Shown piece after piece: positions 44,768-53,800 of a stretch of 55,840 nucleotides of DNA (the first letter of the stretch is position 1; each line of letters opens with the position of its first letter). Location: the IMG/VR virus record IMGVR_UViG_3300037493_000570, positions 1 to 55,840 of that record; one strand, 5' to 3'. The notes under the pieces are model-generated. The model saw nothing but the letters and a program-made list of their open reading frames with translations, was not told where the DNA came from and did not search any database. Position numbers and translations under genes: made by a program. This stretch comes from a virus. Lineage: Duplodnaviria; Caudoviricetes.

Positions 44768-44917
44768 ATGTGGAAACTATGGGCAAAAGCTCTAGGTGAA
44801 AAAGCATCAAGCAACAATAACGAAGCAGATAGAATAGCAATCATCAGAACACTAATTGTTATGGTGTATGTGATCACAAACTTCTTTATTGTTGCTGGAG
44901 TTATTAGACATTGGTAA
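44768..44917 (+). CDS. Small membrane protein (49 aa, not in ORF track)
   Basis: MWKLWAKALGEK...EADRIAIIRT...IVAGVIRHW. Confidence 0.75.
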   Translation: MWKLWAKALGEKASSNNNEADRIAIIRTLIVMVYVITNFFIVAGVIRHW

Positions 44918-44924
44918 GGAGTAT

Positions 44925-45182
44925 ATGAGAGAAATATTAAAATTCAGTGCATCATGGTGTGGACCATGTAAGACACTATCAAACGTAATTAAGAGTTCAG
45001 GAGATCTTGGCGTCACTATTACTGAAGTTGACATCGATGAACAATTAGATCTTGCTACTAAGTATAGTATCAGATCAGTTCCAACAATGGTTATGTTGGA
45101 AAGTGGACATGAAATTAAACGTATGACTGGTGTTATGACATCACAACAATTGAAAGACTTCGTAGAATATGAAACTATTTAA
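44925..45182 (+). CDS. Thioredoxin
   Basis: WCGPC, SVPT; SD AAGGAG. Confidence 0.9.
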   Translation: MREILKFSASWCGPCKTLSNVIKSSGDLGVTITEVDIDEQLDLATKYSIRSVPTMVMLESGHEIKRMTGVMTSQQLKDFVEYETI

Positions 45183-45612
45183 GTTATTAGCAGTTCTATC
45201 ACTCTCGGCGTGTTCTATTACATTTGCCGCAGATAAAGTAGAATCAAAACTATATGACTGGAAAGTCGAAAAAGTACTCGATGGAGACACCATTAAGTTT
45301 CAAGTGGGATTCCTTCCAACTGAGATTAAACCGTTTCTATCAGTGCGTGTTAACGGAGTAGACACTCCGGAAAAGAAACCACGTAACAAATGCGATAAGG
45401 AAGATCTATTAGCTCAGAAGGCGAGTAAATTTACTAAGGACGCAGTCGCTAGCGCAAAGTCTATTAAGGTGACCATCGATGGATGGGACAAGTACGGTGG
45501 ACGAATCCTCGGTGATGTTATCCTCGATGGGAAGAGTCTTTCCGCCATGTTAATTCAAAGTGGCAACGCTCGCGAATATCATGGAGAAGCAAAGCAAAGT
45601 TGGTGTAACTAA
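45169..45612 (+). CDS. Staphylococcal-nuclease-like protein with signal peptide
   Basis: VLDGDT, VRVNGVDTPE, DKYGGRILG; N-terminal signal with LSAC. Confidence 0.85.
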   Translation: MKLFKLLAVLSLSACSITFAADKVESKLYDWKVEKVLDGDTIKFQVGFLPTEIKPFLSVRVNGVDTPEKKPRNKCDKEDLLAQKASKFTKDAVASAKSIKVTIDGWDKYGGRILGDVILDGKSLSAMLIQSGNAREYHGEAKQSWCN

Positions 45613-45617
45613 CTATC

Positions 45618-45633
45618 GGGGCTTCGGCCCCTT
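45618..45633 (+). terminator. UUCG hairpin (weak T tract)
   Basis: GGGGC-TTCG-GCCCC-TT. Confidence 0.6.
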
Positions 45634-45647
45634 GTAATTTAAGTATA

Positions 45648-45693
45648 GACTTAAATAATAATTCTAAATTTTGCCAGAATTATTATTTAAGTC
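45648..45693. repeat. Perfect 18-bp inverted repeat upstream of nrdB
   Basis: GACTTAAATAATAATTCT-10 nt-AGAATTATTATTTAAGTC. Confidence 0.9.
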
Positions 45694-45717
45694 AATCTAA
45701 CAAAGATTGGACTAATA

Positions 45718-46731
45718 ATGATTAAACCAAAAGGCAAAAAAATGACAAGAACTTCGAATAATCTACTGTCTGAACGCAATTCGTTCAAACCGTTTAACTA
45801 CCCTTGGGCCTATGACGCATGGCTAAAGCATGAACAATCACATTGGCTTCATACTGAAGTACCGATGGCAGAGGATGTAAAAGACTGGAAAAAGAAGTTG
45901 ACTATCCCAGAGAAACAGTTCTTGACCCACATTTTTAGATTCTTTACGCAAGGTGATATTGACGTTGCTGGTGGATATGTTAAGAACTATCTACCTTACT
46001 TCCCTCAACCAGAAGTACGTATGATGTTGTTGGGATTCGCTGCACGTGAAGCACTACACATTGCTGCATATTCTCACTTGATTGAAACGTTGGGTCTACC
46101 AGAAACTACATATAATGAGTTCCTTGAGTATGCAGAGATGAAAGAGAAACACGACTATGTGTTAGACCTATCTGCTCAAAATACTACTAAGGAAAATACA
46201 GCTAAGCACATCGCAGTGTTCTCTGCATTTACCGAAGGCATGCAGTTGTTCTCTTCATTCATCATGCTGTTGAACTTTCCTCGTCATGGTAAGATGAAAG
46301 GCATGGGCCAAATCGTTACATGGTCTATTGTTGATGAGACTCAACACACCGAAGGAATGATCAAGTTATTCCGTGAATATATAAAAGAGAACTCTGAGAT
46401 TTGGAACGACCAACTCAAGGGTGAACTATATACCATTGCTGAACGCATGGTGGAACTTGAAGATAAGTTCATTGATCTAGCTTTCGCACTTGGTGGCATG
46501 CAGGATTTAAACGCTGCTGACGTCAAGGGTTATATCCGCTACATCACTGATCGTCGCCTGATTAGCTTAGGCTTAAAGGGTATCTTCAAAGTTAAGAAGA
46601 ATCCATTGCCGTGGGTTGAAGAAATGATCAACGCGCCTATTCATGGAAACTTCTTTGAAAATCGAGTCACCGATTACGCTAAAGGCGCACTTGGTGGCAC
46701 CTGGAATGACGTATGGGGAAAGGCAGCATAA
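45718..46731 (+). CDS. nrdB: Class I ribonucleotide reductase beta subunit
   Basis: FFTQGD, EALHIAAY, FTEG, DETQH, NFFE.RVTDY. Confidence 0.95.
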   Translation: MIKPKGKKMTRTSNNLLSERNSFKPFNYPWAYDAWLKHEQSHWLHTEVPMAEDVKDWKKKLTIPEKQFLTHIFRFFTQGDIDVAGGYVKNYLPYFPQPEVRMMLLGFAAREALHIAAYSHLIETLGLPETTYNEFLEYAEMKEKHDYVLDLSAQNTTKENTAKHIAVFSAFTEGMQLFSSFIMLLNFPRHGKMKGMGQIVTWSIVDETQHTEGMIKLFREYIKENSEIWNDQLKGELYTIAERMVELEDKFIDLAFALGGMQDLNAADVKGYIRYITDRRLISLGLKGIFKVKKNPLPWVEEMINAPIHGNFFENRVTDYAKGALGGTWNDVWGKAA

Positions 46732-46886
46732 TGACAGCTAGCAGATTATTCGAGTGCTCACAGTGTGGTGCTTTTGGTAAAATTACATTAAAGAGTGAAG
46801 ACCATGAAAAGTCTTCAATCGTCTGCTGCCCAGTTTGTGCAGCCGATATAAGTGAGGATGAAAAATATGACGACGAAGAAGATTGA
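46731..46886 (+). CDS. Small zinc-ribbon protein (51 aa, not in ORF track)
   Basis: CSQC...CPVC with an acidic tail. Confidence 0.7.
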   Translation: MTASRLFECSQCGAFGKITLKSEDHEKSSIVCCPVCAADISEDEKYDDEED

Positions 46887-47181
46887 TAAGATAATTATAT
46901 ACTACAACGATGGAACATTCGAAGAAGTTAAAACTGGCGTTCATGATGTGGCGCCTAAACAAGATACGGGTCCTACTATCACAATTGGCAAGCAAAATGT
47001 GAATACGTATCCACCGCAGTGGCCACCTCTTCAGTATCCACCCGGAGTACGTGGAGTTGATCACCCTTGGACATATGGCAACGTAACTTGTAGCGACACT
47101 CTAGGGAATAAATATACCATTGCAACTAATAGTAATGGTAATGTGGACTTTTCAAACAACATTGGTAGAGAGTTTACCTGA
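46867..47181 (+). CDS. Hypothetical protein
   Basis: ORF overlapping both neighbours; SD GAGG. Confidence 0.6.
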   Translation: MTTKKIDKIIIYYNDGTFEEVKTGVHDVAPKQDTGPTITIGKQNVNTYPPQWPPLQYPPGVRGVDHPWTYGNVTCSDTLGNKYTIATNSNGNVDFSNNIGREFT

Positions 47182-47566
47182 TGACTGCGTTGGTTTTGTT
47201 TATTTAATTACAAACAAAACCAACGATAGAAAGTATGTCGGTAAGAAATTAGCGAAGTTCTCTAAGACCGCTTATAAAACCGTGGTCTTAAAAAACGGCA
47301 CTAAGAAAAAGAAGAAGATCAAGTCGAAGATCGACTCTGATTGGATAACCTACTATGGTTCTAGCGTAGAACTGAGCAAAGATATAGCGTTACTCGGTGA
47401 AGACAATTTCACTCGGGAGATTCTATTCTATTGTAAGTCTAAGGCGGAATGTTCATACATCGAAGCTAGGGAGCAATTCACCCGGCGAGTACTTGAGTCA
47501 ACTGAGTACTATAATGGACAGATATCAGTGCGGGTCCACGGCTCGCATATCATAGGAAAAATATGA
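47141..47566 (+). CDS. GIY-YIG family nuclease-like protein
   Basis: GFVYLITN...YVGKK, SDW..YYGS, FTREIL, YYNGQI. Confidence 0.8.
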   Translation: MWTFQTTLVESLPDDCVGFVYLITNKTNDRKYVGKKLAKFSKTAYKTVVLKNGTKKKKKIKSKIDSDWITYYGSSVELSKDIALLGEDNFTREILFYCKSKAECSYIEAREQFTRRVLESTEYYNGQISVRVHGSHIIGKI

Positions 47567-48453
47567 CATATATGTTATTTTTGTCGGCCATAGCTCTCTC
47601 AAGCGTGGCTGCTTATTATTCAATCATGGGATTGGTCGCGATCTTCTCAGGCGCTGTGACGTCTATCGCGGTTATGGGAGGAGTTCTAGAAGTTTCTAAA
47701 TTAGTTGTCACATCGTGGCTCTATAGAAACTGGAAGGAGACGCCGAGGTTATTAAAGGCTTACTTTATTACGGCGATCGTTGTGCTCATGCTTATTACTA
47801 GCATGGGTATATTCGGATACCTGTCTAAGGCTCACTTAGAACAAGGCATGTCATCAGGTAATGCATCTGCTGAAGTCGCATTACTTGATGAAAAAATCAT
47901 CATTCAAAAGGAAAATATAAATGCAGCTCGTAAAACACTTTCTCAACTGGATTCACAAGTTGACGCAACCCTCAGTCGGAGTACTGACACCGCCGGAGCC
48001 CTCAGTTCCGGTTCTGTTAGAAGAGGTCAAACCAAAGAGCGTACCCGTCTCATCGAAGAGATCGGCACCAGCCAAAAAGAGATCGCCAGACTCAACGAAG
48101 AGCGAGCCCCCAAAGCGACGGAACTTCGCAAAGTCGAAGCCGAAGTCGGTCCAATCAAGTACATCGCAGCCTTAATCTACGATGATAGTCAGGACACCAA
48201 CACACTAGAGAAAGCCGTCAGGGTTATCATTCTAATGTTGGTGTTCGTCTTCGACCCGCTTGCGGTGTTGATGTTCATTGCTGTCAATCAATCAACAGCT
48301 GTGCCGTTGAGGAATAGATCAATACAATTCCATGAAGACGACCGAGTTGAAGATGAGGATACGGACATCCATTTGAATAGCAGTGTCCTCGTCAAAGATC
48401 AGTTCATCATAGAGAAGTGGTCTAACGGTAACCAGCATAAGCAGGTAAGTTGA
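47563..48453 (+). CDS. Membrane protein with coiled coil
   Basis: Three N-terminal TMs, ITSMGIFGYLSKAH, EAEVGPIKYIA, VFDPLAV. Confidence 0.8.
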   Translation: MTYMLFLSAIALSSVAAYYSIMGLVAIFSGAVTSIAVMGGVLEVSKLVVTSWLYRNWKETPRLLKAYFITAIVVLMLITSMGIFGYLSKAHLEQGMSSGNASAEVALLDEKIIIQKENINAARKTLSQLDSQVDATLSRSTDTAGALSSGSVRRGQTKERTRLIEEIGTSQKEIARLNEERAPKATELRKVEAEVGPIKYIAALIYDDSQDTNTLEKAVRVIILMLVFVFDPLAVLMFIAVNQSTAVPLRNRSIQFHEDDRVEDEDTDIHLNSSVLVKDQFIIEKWSNGNQHKQVS

Positions 48454-48463
48454 TTAAATTTAT

Positions 48464-48541
48464 TGTACACTCGTATATCGCAATGATATAATAGAACTCT
48501 GTTCCCGCAGAGTGTACAATAATTCGTTAGTGTGTTATAAT
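48464..48541 (+). promoter_or_regulatory. Tandem early-type promoters (48464-48492, 48513-48541)
   Basis: Two TGTACA-17 nt-TATAAT with an ACTCTG/CAGAGT hairpin between them. Confidence 0.75.
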
Positions 48542-48546
48542 CAATT

Positions 48547-49146
48547 ATGACATTCACTACCACTGAAAAAACAAAGATACTAAGACTCAAGTCTGAACTG
48601 ACTGCGCAGTTCTCAGTTAAGATGTCTGCAATATCAGATAGTCTATTCCAAGCTCAAGTTCGTGAGAACTGTATCATCACTGGTGGGGCTATAGCATCTT
48701 GCTTCCACAGCGAGAAGATCAACGACATTGATCTATATGCTAAGACAAAAATATCTCTAGACGCTCTTAAGTCATACATTCTTGAATCAATGAAGGCTGA
48801 CATCAAGGAGATGAAGGCTTATGATCTTGATGATGCAATCCCTCCAGCTAGAACTCACATGATCACTAACAACGCTGTTACCCTGAAAGGTGACCTACAG
48901 TTCATCTATCTTGGTACTGCTGATCAATGTAGACTAAAGTTTGACTTCATACATTGCATGCCTTGGTTTGACGTCAAGACTCAGAAGCTCTACATCTCAA
49001 AAGATCAATATGACTCTATTGCAACAAAGCGATTGTATGTCAACGCTCTAGGAGAACCTGCGAAGTTTAGACGAATAGACAAATACACTAAGCGCGGTTG
49101 GGGGATTGACCGCGTTATATATGATCAAGCACTAAAGGAAGTATAA
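48547..49146 (+). CDS. Pol-beta-type nucleotidyltransferase-like protein
   Basis: ITGGAI...INDIDLY, FDF, RIDKY..RGW. Confidence 0.65.
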   Translation: MTFTTTEKTKILRLKSELTAQFSVKMSAISDSLFQAQVRENCIITGGAIASCFHSEKINDIDLYAKTKISLDALKSYILESMKADIKEMKAYDLDDAIPPARTHMITNNAVTLKGDLQFIYLGTADQCRLKFDFIHCMPWFDVKTQKLYISKDQYDSIATKRLYVNALGEPAKFRRIDKYTKRGWGIDRVIYDQALKEV

Positions 49147-49337
49147 TGAGTGGACTAGGATTTATTGCCCGTGAAGCAGACACAATCTGTGAACTGTGTG
49201 GCGTAGAGGACGAATGCCGTCCTTATGGACCTAAGGGAGAGCAGATCTGCTTTGACTGTGGCATGAAAAATGAAGAACTAACGAAGCAACGCATGAACGA
49301 ATACATCTTTGGCGACCTTAAAAGCCCTGTACATTAA
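49146..49337 (+). CDS. Small Cys-rich protein
   Basis: CELC...RPYG...CFDC; SD AAGGA. Confidence 0.7.
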   Translation: MSGLGFIAREADTICELCGVEDECRPYGPKGEQICFDCGMKNEELTKQRMNEYIFGDLKSPVH

Positions 49338-49356
49338 TTCGTTTTAGTGGTATAAT
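49328..49356 (+). promoter_or_regulatory. Early-type promoter
   Basis: TGTACA-TTAATTCGTTTTAGTGG-TATAAT. Confidence 0.8.
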
Positions 49357-49382
49357 TATCTCATACAAACAAATTCTATATT

Positions 49383-50444
49383 ATGACTTACTTTATTCGT
49401 TCCGGTAACCAATTTGACGTATCTGCCGATGCAGCGCTCGACATTCGTGATGTACTGCCAGCAGGTAATTACATCGTCAAAGAACGCCCAATGGGTGGGC
49501 CACTCTTCTTGGAGATGGTTGATAACTTCACTCCTCTAAAGAAGCTGTATGGCAACACCACTCGCCATGCAAGTCGTATCATCAACACGTACCGTGATCG
49601 TGGCTCAAGCACCGGTGTTCTGTTGAATGGTGAGAAGGGTTCAGGCAAGACTTTACTAGCTCGTCAACTGTCCATTGAGTGTGCTGAAATTGGAATTCCT
49701 ACTATCATCATTAATGCACCTTGGACTGGTGATAAGTTCAACAAGTTCATGCAGGACATCTCTCAAGAGTGTATGGTTCTATTCGACGAATTTGAGAAGG
49801 TCTATGATTCTAATGAGCAGGAAGTTATTCTGACGCTGTTAGATGGAGTATTTCCTTCACGTAAGCTGTTCGTATTGACTTGTAACGACAAGTGGCGCAT
49901 TGACTCTCACATGCGTAATCGTCCAGGCCGCATCTTCTACATGTTGGACTTCAAAGGATTGGAAGCAGACTTCATTGCTGAGTACTGTGAAGACAACCTG
50001 AAGAACAAGTCCTACATTGAGAAAGTTTGTCAAGTTGGTGCTATGTTCGCACAGTTTAACTTTGACATGTTGAAGGCATTGATTGAGGAAATGAATCGCT
50101 ACGATGAGACTCCACAAGAAGCGTTGGCTATGTTAAATGCTAAGCCTGAGTTTGCAGGTGAAAGCAAGTTCAAGGCCGAAGTGCGAGTTAAGGGTAAGAT
50201 GGTCGATAGAGATGATTATGAACCCGAGCGTTGGAGTGGCAATCCACTCACTTCTAGCTCTATTCATGTATCGTATGATCCTGAACCTGATAACGATGAT
50301 TCTAATCATAAGTATCTTCAATTCGCAACTGAAGATCTGATTCAAGTGATGCCGAAGGAAGGCCGCTTTGTCTACAAGCAAGGTGATGTAGAACTCACGT
50401 TGATTCGTGAGCAAGAGAAGACATTCCACTGGGATGCATTTTGA
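49383..50444 (+). CDS. AAA+ ATPase
   Basis: GEKGSGKT, FDEFEK, LLDG, NRPGR. Confidence 0.9.
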   Translation: MTYFIRSGNQFDVSADAALDIRDVLPAGNYIVKERPMGGPLFLEMVDNFTPLKKLYGNTTRHASRIINTYRDRGSSTGVLLNGEKGSGKTLLARQLSIECAEIGIPTIIINAPWTGDKFNKFMQDISQECMVLFDEFEKVYDSNEQEVILTLLDGVFPSRKLFVLTCNDKWRIDSHMRNRPGRIFYMLDFKGLEADFIAEYCEDNLKNKSYIEKVCQVGAMFAQFNFDMLKALIEEMNRYDETPQEALAMLNAKPEFAGESKFKAEVRVKGKMVDRDDYEPERWSGNPLTSSSIHVSYDPEPDNDDSNHKYLQFATEDLIQVMPKEGRFVYKQGDVELTLIREQEKTFHWDAF

Positions 50445-50617
50445 TTAAGATCTTTGCTATCTTTGGCTTGCTGGCTATCCTAGTAATGGGTTGCATTGCA
50501 CTTTTTCAGAATACAAGTAATACACAAAAGCGTGTTATTCTGAAAGTTGTGTGGTATGGGTTTATCTGTTCTGCGGTTTCTGCAGTTGTTCTTTCTTTTA
50601 TTGTTTTGTTATTTTAA
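50441..50617 (+). CDS. Small two-TM membrane protein (58 aa, TTG start, not in ORF track)
   Basis: Two hydrophobic segments; fills the gap before the SPFH gene. Confidence 0.6.
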   Translation: MIKIFAIFGLLAILVMGCIALFQNTSNTQKRVILKVVWYGFICSAVSAVVLSFIVLLF

Positions 50618-50624
50618 GGTTAAT

Positions 50625-51422
50625 ATGAAATCGTTATTTAAAATTGTTATGCTCGTCGCTGCTGTAGTTTCTCTTCAAGCGTGCACTCGTATTGAGACTG
50701 GTGAAGTTGGTGTTCGTTTGAATGCTAGCAAACAAGTTGAAGGCGCTGAATTGCAGCCAGGCGGGTTTTATCAAACTCTAGTTGGCTCAGTGATCACTTT
50801 CCCAGTTAAAGATCTTTCAATCAATGTTGAAAACAAGTCTCCAATGGCTTCAGACAATTCAGCACTGGCTGATTTTGATATGACTGTTGTTTATGCAATC
50901 AATCCAACTTCTGCTGCTGAATTGTATTCTACTAAGTCTCGTTCATTCCATGCTGAGAACAAAGGTGATATCTATCTGATGTATAACTACATGACGACTC
51001 TATCTAATAACGCTGCATATAAAGTTGTTCGTCAATATAAGTCATTGGAAGTTGCAGACAATCGTGCTAAGATTGAAGCTGAAATTCGTGATGCAGTCCA
51101 TGAGCAACTAAAGTCTGAAAAATTAGATAGTGCACTTTCTTTGACTGTAGTTCAAGTTCGTTCGATCTTGCCTAATGCAGAAATCTTAAAATCTGCGACT
51201 GAATATGTTAAAGCTCAGAATGAACTGAAGATCAAAGAAACTGAAGTTCAAATTGCTAAGAAAGAATCTGAACGTATGGCAGCACTATCTGCTAACTCTG
51301 GCACCTCAATTGCTTACATGCAAGCTCAGGCTGCTATGAAAATCGCGGAAGGTATCGCCAATGGTAAGGTTAACACCATCGTAGTTCCTATGGACTTCAA
51401 AGGTATCGTTAACGTTAAATAA
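50625..51422 (+). CDS. SPFH/band-7 family protein with lipobox
   Basis: LQAC, RIETGEVGV, C-terminal coiled coil. Confidence 0.85.
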   Translation: MKSLFKIVMLVAAVVSLQACTRIETGEVGVRLNASKQVEGAELQPGGFYQTLVGSVITFPVKDLSINVENKSPMASDNSALADFDMTVVYAINPTSAAELYSTKSRSFHAENKGDIYLMYNYMTTLSNNAAYKVVRQYKSLEVADNRAKIEAEIRDAVHEQLKSEKLDSALSLTVVQVRSILPNAEILKSATEYVKAQNELKIKETEVQIAKKESERMAALSANSGTSIAYMQAQAAMKIAEGIANGKVNTIVVPMDFKGIVNVK

Positions 51423-51423
51423 A

Positions 51424-51469
51424 AAAGGGCCTTCGGGCCCTTTACTTTTATTCGTCTATATGATATAAT
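51424..51469 (+). terminator. Terminator fused to an early promoter (TTTACT 51441, TATAAT 51464)
   Basis: AAAGGGCC-TTCG-GGCCCTTT runs into the -35 box. Confidence 0.8.
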
Positions 51470-51474
51470 ACATT

Positions 51475-52029
51475 ATGAACTATATTACAAGCGATATCCA
51501 CTTCGGACATAAAAACATTATGTCCTTTTGTCCCGTTTCACGTGCCTTCGGTGAAGGTGACGTTGTCAGAATGGATGAAGAAATCATTCGTCGTTGGAAC
51601 TCTGCAATCCAACCAGAAGACCATACCTACATCCTTGGTGATATCGCCTTCTGCAATGCTGAAAAGGCGGTACAACACCTTCGTAGGTTAAACGGCACTA
51701 AGACACTTATCGTTGGCAATCATGATGCTAAGCTCATAAAGAACGAAGAGTTCTGTGCTGAATTCATTGCTATCCATGACTATCTTACTGTGCAGGTGGA
51801 TGGAACTAAGATAGTCATGTTCCATTACCCTATTGCGGAATGGGATCAGATGCATCGAGGTGCAGTACACTTCCATGGGCACCTTCATGGTGGAGTGAGT
51901 GGCATGGAAGCATATCGTTGTCTTGACGTTGGCATGGACGGCTATAACTGCTATCCTTGGCATTTAAACACAGCAATCACTCAAGCGCTTAAAGGCCAGA
52001 TCAAAAGTCATCATCAGAAAGGTGTCTAA
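51475..52029 (+). CDS. Calcineurin-like metallophosphoesterase
   Basis: SDIHFGH, GD, GNHD, HYP, HGHLH. Confidence 0.9.
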   Translation: MNYITSDIHFGHKNIMSFCPVSRAFGEGDVVRMDEEIIRRWNSAIQPEDHTYILGDIAFCNAEKAVQHLRRLNGTKTLIVGNHDAKLIKNEEFCAEFIAIHDYLTVQVDGTKIVMFHYPIAEWDQMHRGAVHFHGHLHGGVSGMEAYRCLDVGMDGYNCYPWHLNTAITQALKGQIKSHHQKGV

Positions 52030-52495
52030 TATGCCAGTGTGTTATCAATTAGTTGGAGTGCCCGGTGTAGGTAAGTCTACATGGGTTAAGAATCAAACTC
52101 ACTTATTAGGACTTACTATTGTGTCTACTGATTATTGGGTTGAGCAATATGCCAAGAGCCAAGACATGACATATTCTGATGTGTTTGAGGTTACAATGCC
52201 TTATGCTATAGAACAGATGTTAGAACAAGTTAGATTAGCATCAAAGTATAATCACAGCATAGTCTGGGATCAGACTTCTACTACGGTCGCGAGTCGTAAA
52301 AAGAAGTTTAACATGTTGCCTAACTATGAGCACATAGCTGTGGTGTTTATTACACCACTACGCGGTGAATTGGACGTACGCTTGAGTGGTCGTCCCGGTA
52401 AACATATTCCAAAGAATGTAGTAGACTCTATGATTGCAGGCTTTGAAATGCCTACTCTCGAAGAGGGATTTGAAGAAATCGTGATTGTACATTAA
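52022..52495 (+). CDS. P-loop polynucleotide-kinase-like protein
   Basis: GVPGVGKST, STD, WDQT, IP..V..SM, EEGF. Confidence 0.8.
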   Translation: MSNMPVCYQLVGVPGVGKSTWVKNQTHLLGLTIVSTDYWVEQYAKSQDMTYSDVFEVTMPYAIEQMLEQVRLASKYNHSIVWDQTSTTVASRKKKFNMLPNYEHIAVVFITPLRGELDVRLSGRPGKHIPKNVVDSMIAGFEMPTLEEGFEEIVIVH

Positions 52496-52514
52496 ATCGT
52501 CTTTGTTTTATAAT
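52486..52514 (+). promoter_or_regulatory. Early-type promoter
   Basis: TGTACA-TTAAATCGTCTTTGTTT-TATAAT. Confidence 0.75.
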
Positions 52515-52532
52515 TAATTTTTAAGGTAACCC

Positions 52533-52760
52533 ATGCAAGGAGATAAACCAGTGGCAGCATTATTTAGAGCCAAGATTGAACCCCAGGACGTGATGACAAT
52601 CACGAAATTTACAACTCTCAAGGAGGGATGGATGATTAAGTCAGATTTTGATCAAAGCTTAGAATATGTTGCAGTCAAGGTATTTCCAACTGAAGCATCT
52701 GCTAAAGCATCATCTGGTGGAGCAACTCCGATCAAGGTGAAAGTAGAGTGGCAACTGTGA
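52533..52760 (+). CDS. Hypothetical protein
   Basis: Follows a promoter; SD AAGG. Confidence 0.65.
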   Translation: MQGDKPVAALFRAKIEPQDVMTITKFTTLKEGWMIKSDFDQSLEYVAVKVFPTEASAKASSGGATPIKVKVEWQL

Positions 52761-52969
52761 ACATCGACTATAACACCTTCTATAGACTTCGCGTAGATGT
52801 TTATAAGAACAATGATGATCTATTTCAACTTGTGTTAGAACGAGTTGACATCAATAAAGATCCTACACTAAAAGCATTCACTGAATCTAAGCAGGAATAT
52901 TTCTTTAACAAACAACAACTGAAGGACTTCGTTGAACATCTCAATGAAGCAACACATGATTACTTCTAA
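52748..52969 (+). CDS. Hypothetical protein
   Basis: Overlapping operon ORF. Confidence 0.6.
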   Translation: MATVNIDYNTFYRLRVDVYKNNDDLFQLVLERVDINKDPTLKAFTESKQEYFFNKQQLKDFVEHLNEATHDYF

Positions 52970-53288
52970 TTCGCCCATCGACTTCTCAAGTATCGCTACA
53001 GCATCTGGCGGTACTGATTCTTACACAAACACTCCTGAATTTAAGGAATGGCTTGTAAGTCTTTTGTCTGATGGTAAACCAACCACAGTCACTTTCACTA
53101 AGAAAGATGGCAGTGCCCGAGTTATGCGATGCACCCGCAATCCTGAACTGATCCCCACCGAACAACATCCATCAACTGAGTCTACTCGTAAAGCTTCAAC
53201 GACCAGCGTTACAGCATTCGATCTAGATAAAAATGAATGGCGTTCATTCCTTCCTGAAAACATTACACACATTAATTATGAATTCTAA
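52956..53288 (+). CDS. SH3/WYL-like beta-barrel protein
   Basis: VTFTKKDGSARVMRCT, FDLDKNEWRSF. Confidence 0.8.
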   Translation: MITSNSPIDFSSIATASGGTDSYTNTPEFKEWLVSLLSDGKPTTVTFTKKDGSARVMRCTRNPELIPTEQHPSTESTRKASTTSVTAFDLDKNEWRSFLPENITHINYEF

Positions 53289-53466
53289 TCTAACCGCTAT
53301 TGCTCTCATTGCTCTGATCATTGCCCTCGTCGTATTTGGCCCTTGGGTTACTATCTGGACGTTGAACACTTTGTTCCCTCTATTGTCAATTCCATTTAAT
53401 CTCGCAACTTGGTTCGCAGTTATCTGGCTTGGTGCTTTCTTTAAAACAACCGTGAAGACTAAATAA
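53278..53466 (+). CDS. Small membrane protein
   Basis: GPWVTIWTLNTLFP...TWFA. Confidence 0.7.
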   Translation: MNSNLTAIALIALIIALVVFGPWVTIWTLNTLFPLLSIPFNLATWFAVIWLGAFFKTTVKTK

Positions 53467-53729
53467 TGACTCAAATCTCTAGCCCCGCAGATCGCGTTAA
53501 GATCAAGAAGATGCTTGGAGAGATCTCCGACTCCTACACACGCATGGCTGCTGAGCGTGACCTGATCAAGGAGACCATCAAGGAGATGGCTGATGACTTC
53601 GAGCTTCCCAAGCGTACGCTCAATAAGATGGCTAAGACCTATTACAAGCAGTCCTTCTTTAAAGATAGCGCGGATCATGAAGAGTTTGAAAGTCTCTATC
53701 AGACCATCGTAGAGCTGAAAAATCCTTAA
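53466..53729 (+). CDS. dsbA: T4 DsbA-like dsDNA-binding protein
   Basis: EIS.S..R...ERDLIKE...KMAKTYYKQ; near rnh as in T4. Confidence 0.75.
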   Translation: MTQISSPADRVKIKKMLGEISDSYTRMAAERDLIKETIKEMADDFELPKRTLNKMAKTYYKQSFFKDSADHEEFESLYQTIVELKNP

Positions 53730-53747
53730 AAATGTTACGTATAGCCG

Positions 53748-53776
53748 TGTACATTAATTCGTCTATGGTATATAAT
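53748..53776 (+). promoter_or_regulatory. Early-type promoter
   Basis: TGTACA-TTAATTCGTCTATGGTA-TATAAT. Confidence 0.8.
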
Positions 53777-53800
53777 AGATCATAATCTGGAGAAAAGTAC

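Noticed and set aside
16551-46731. Introns or inteins in gp43, uvsX, gp41, thyX, nrdA, nrdB
   Set aside because: All are continuous ORFs of normal length without intein motifs.
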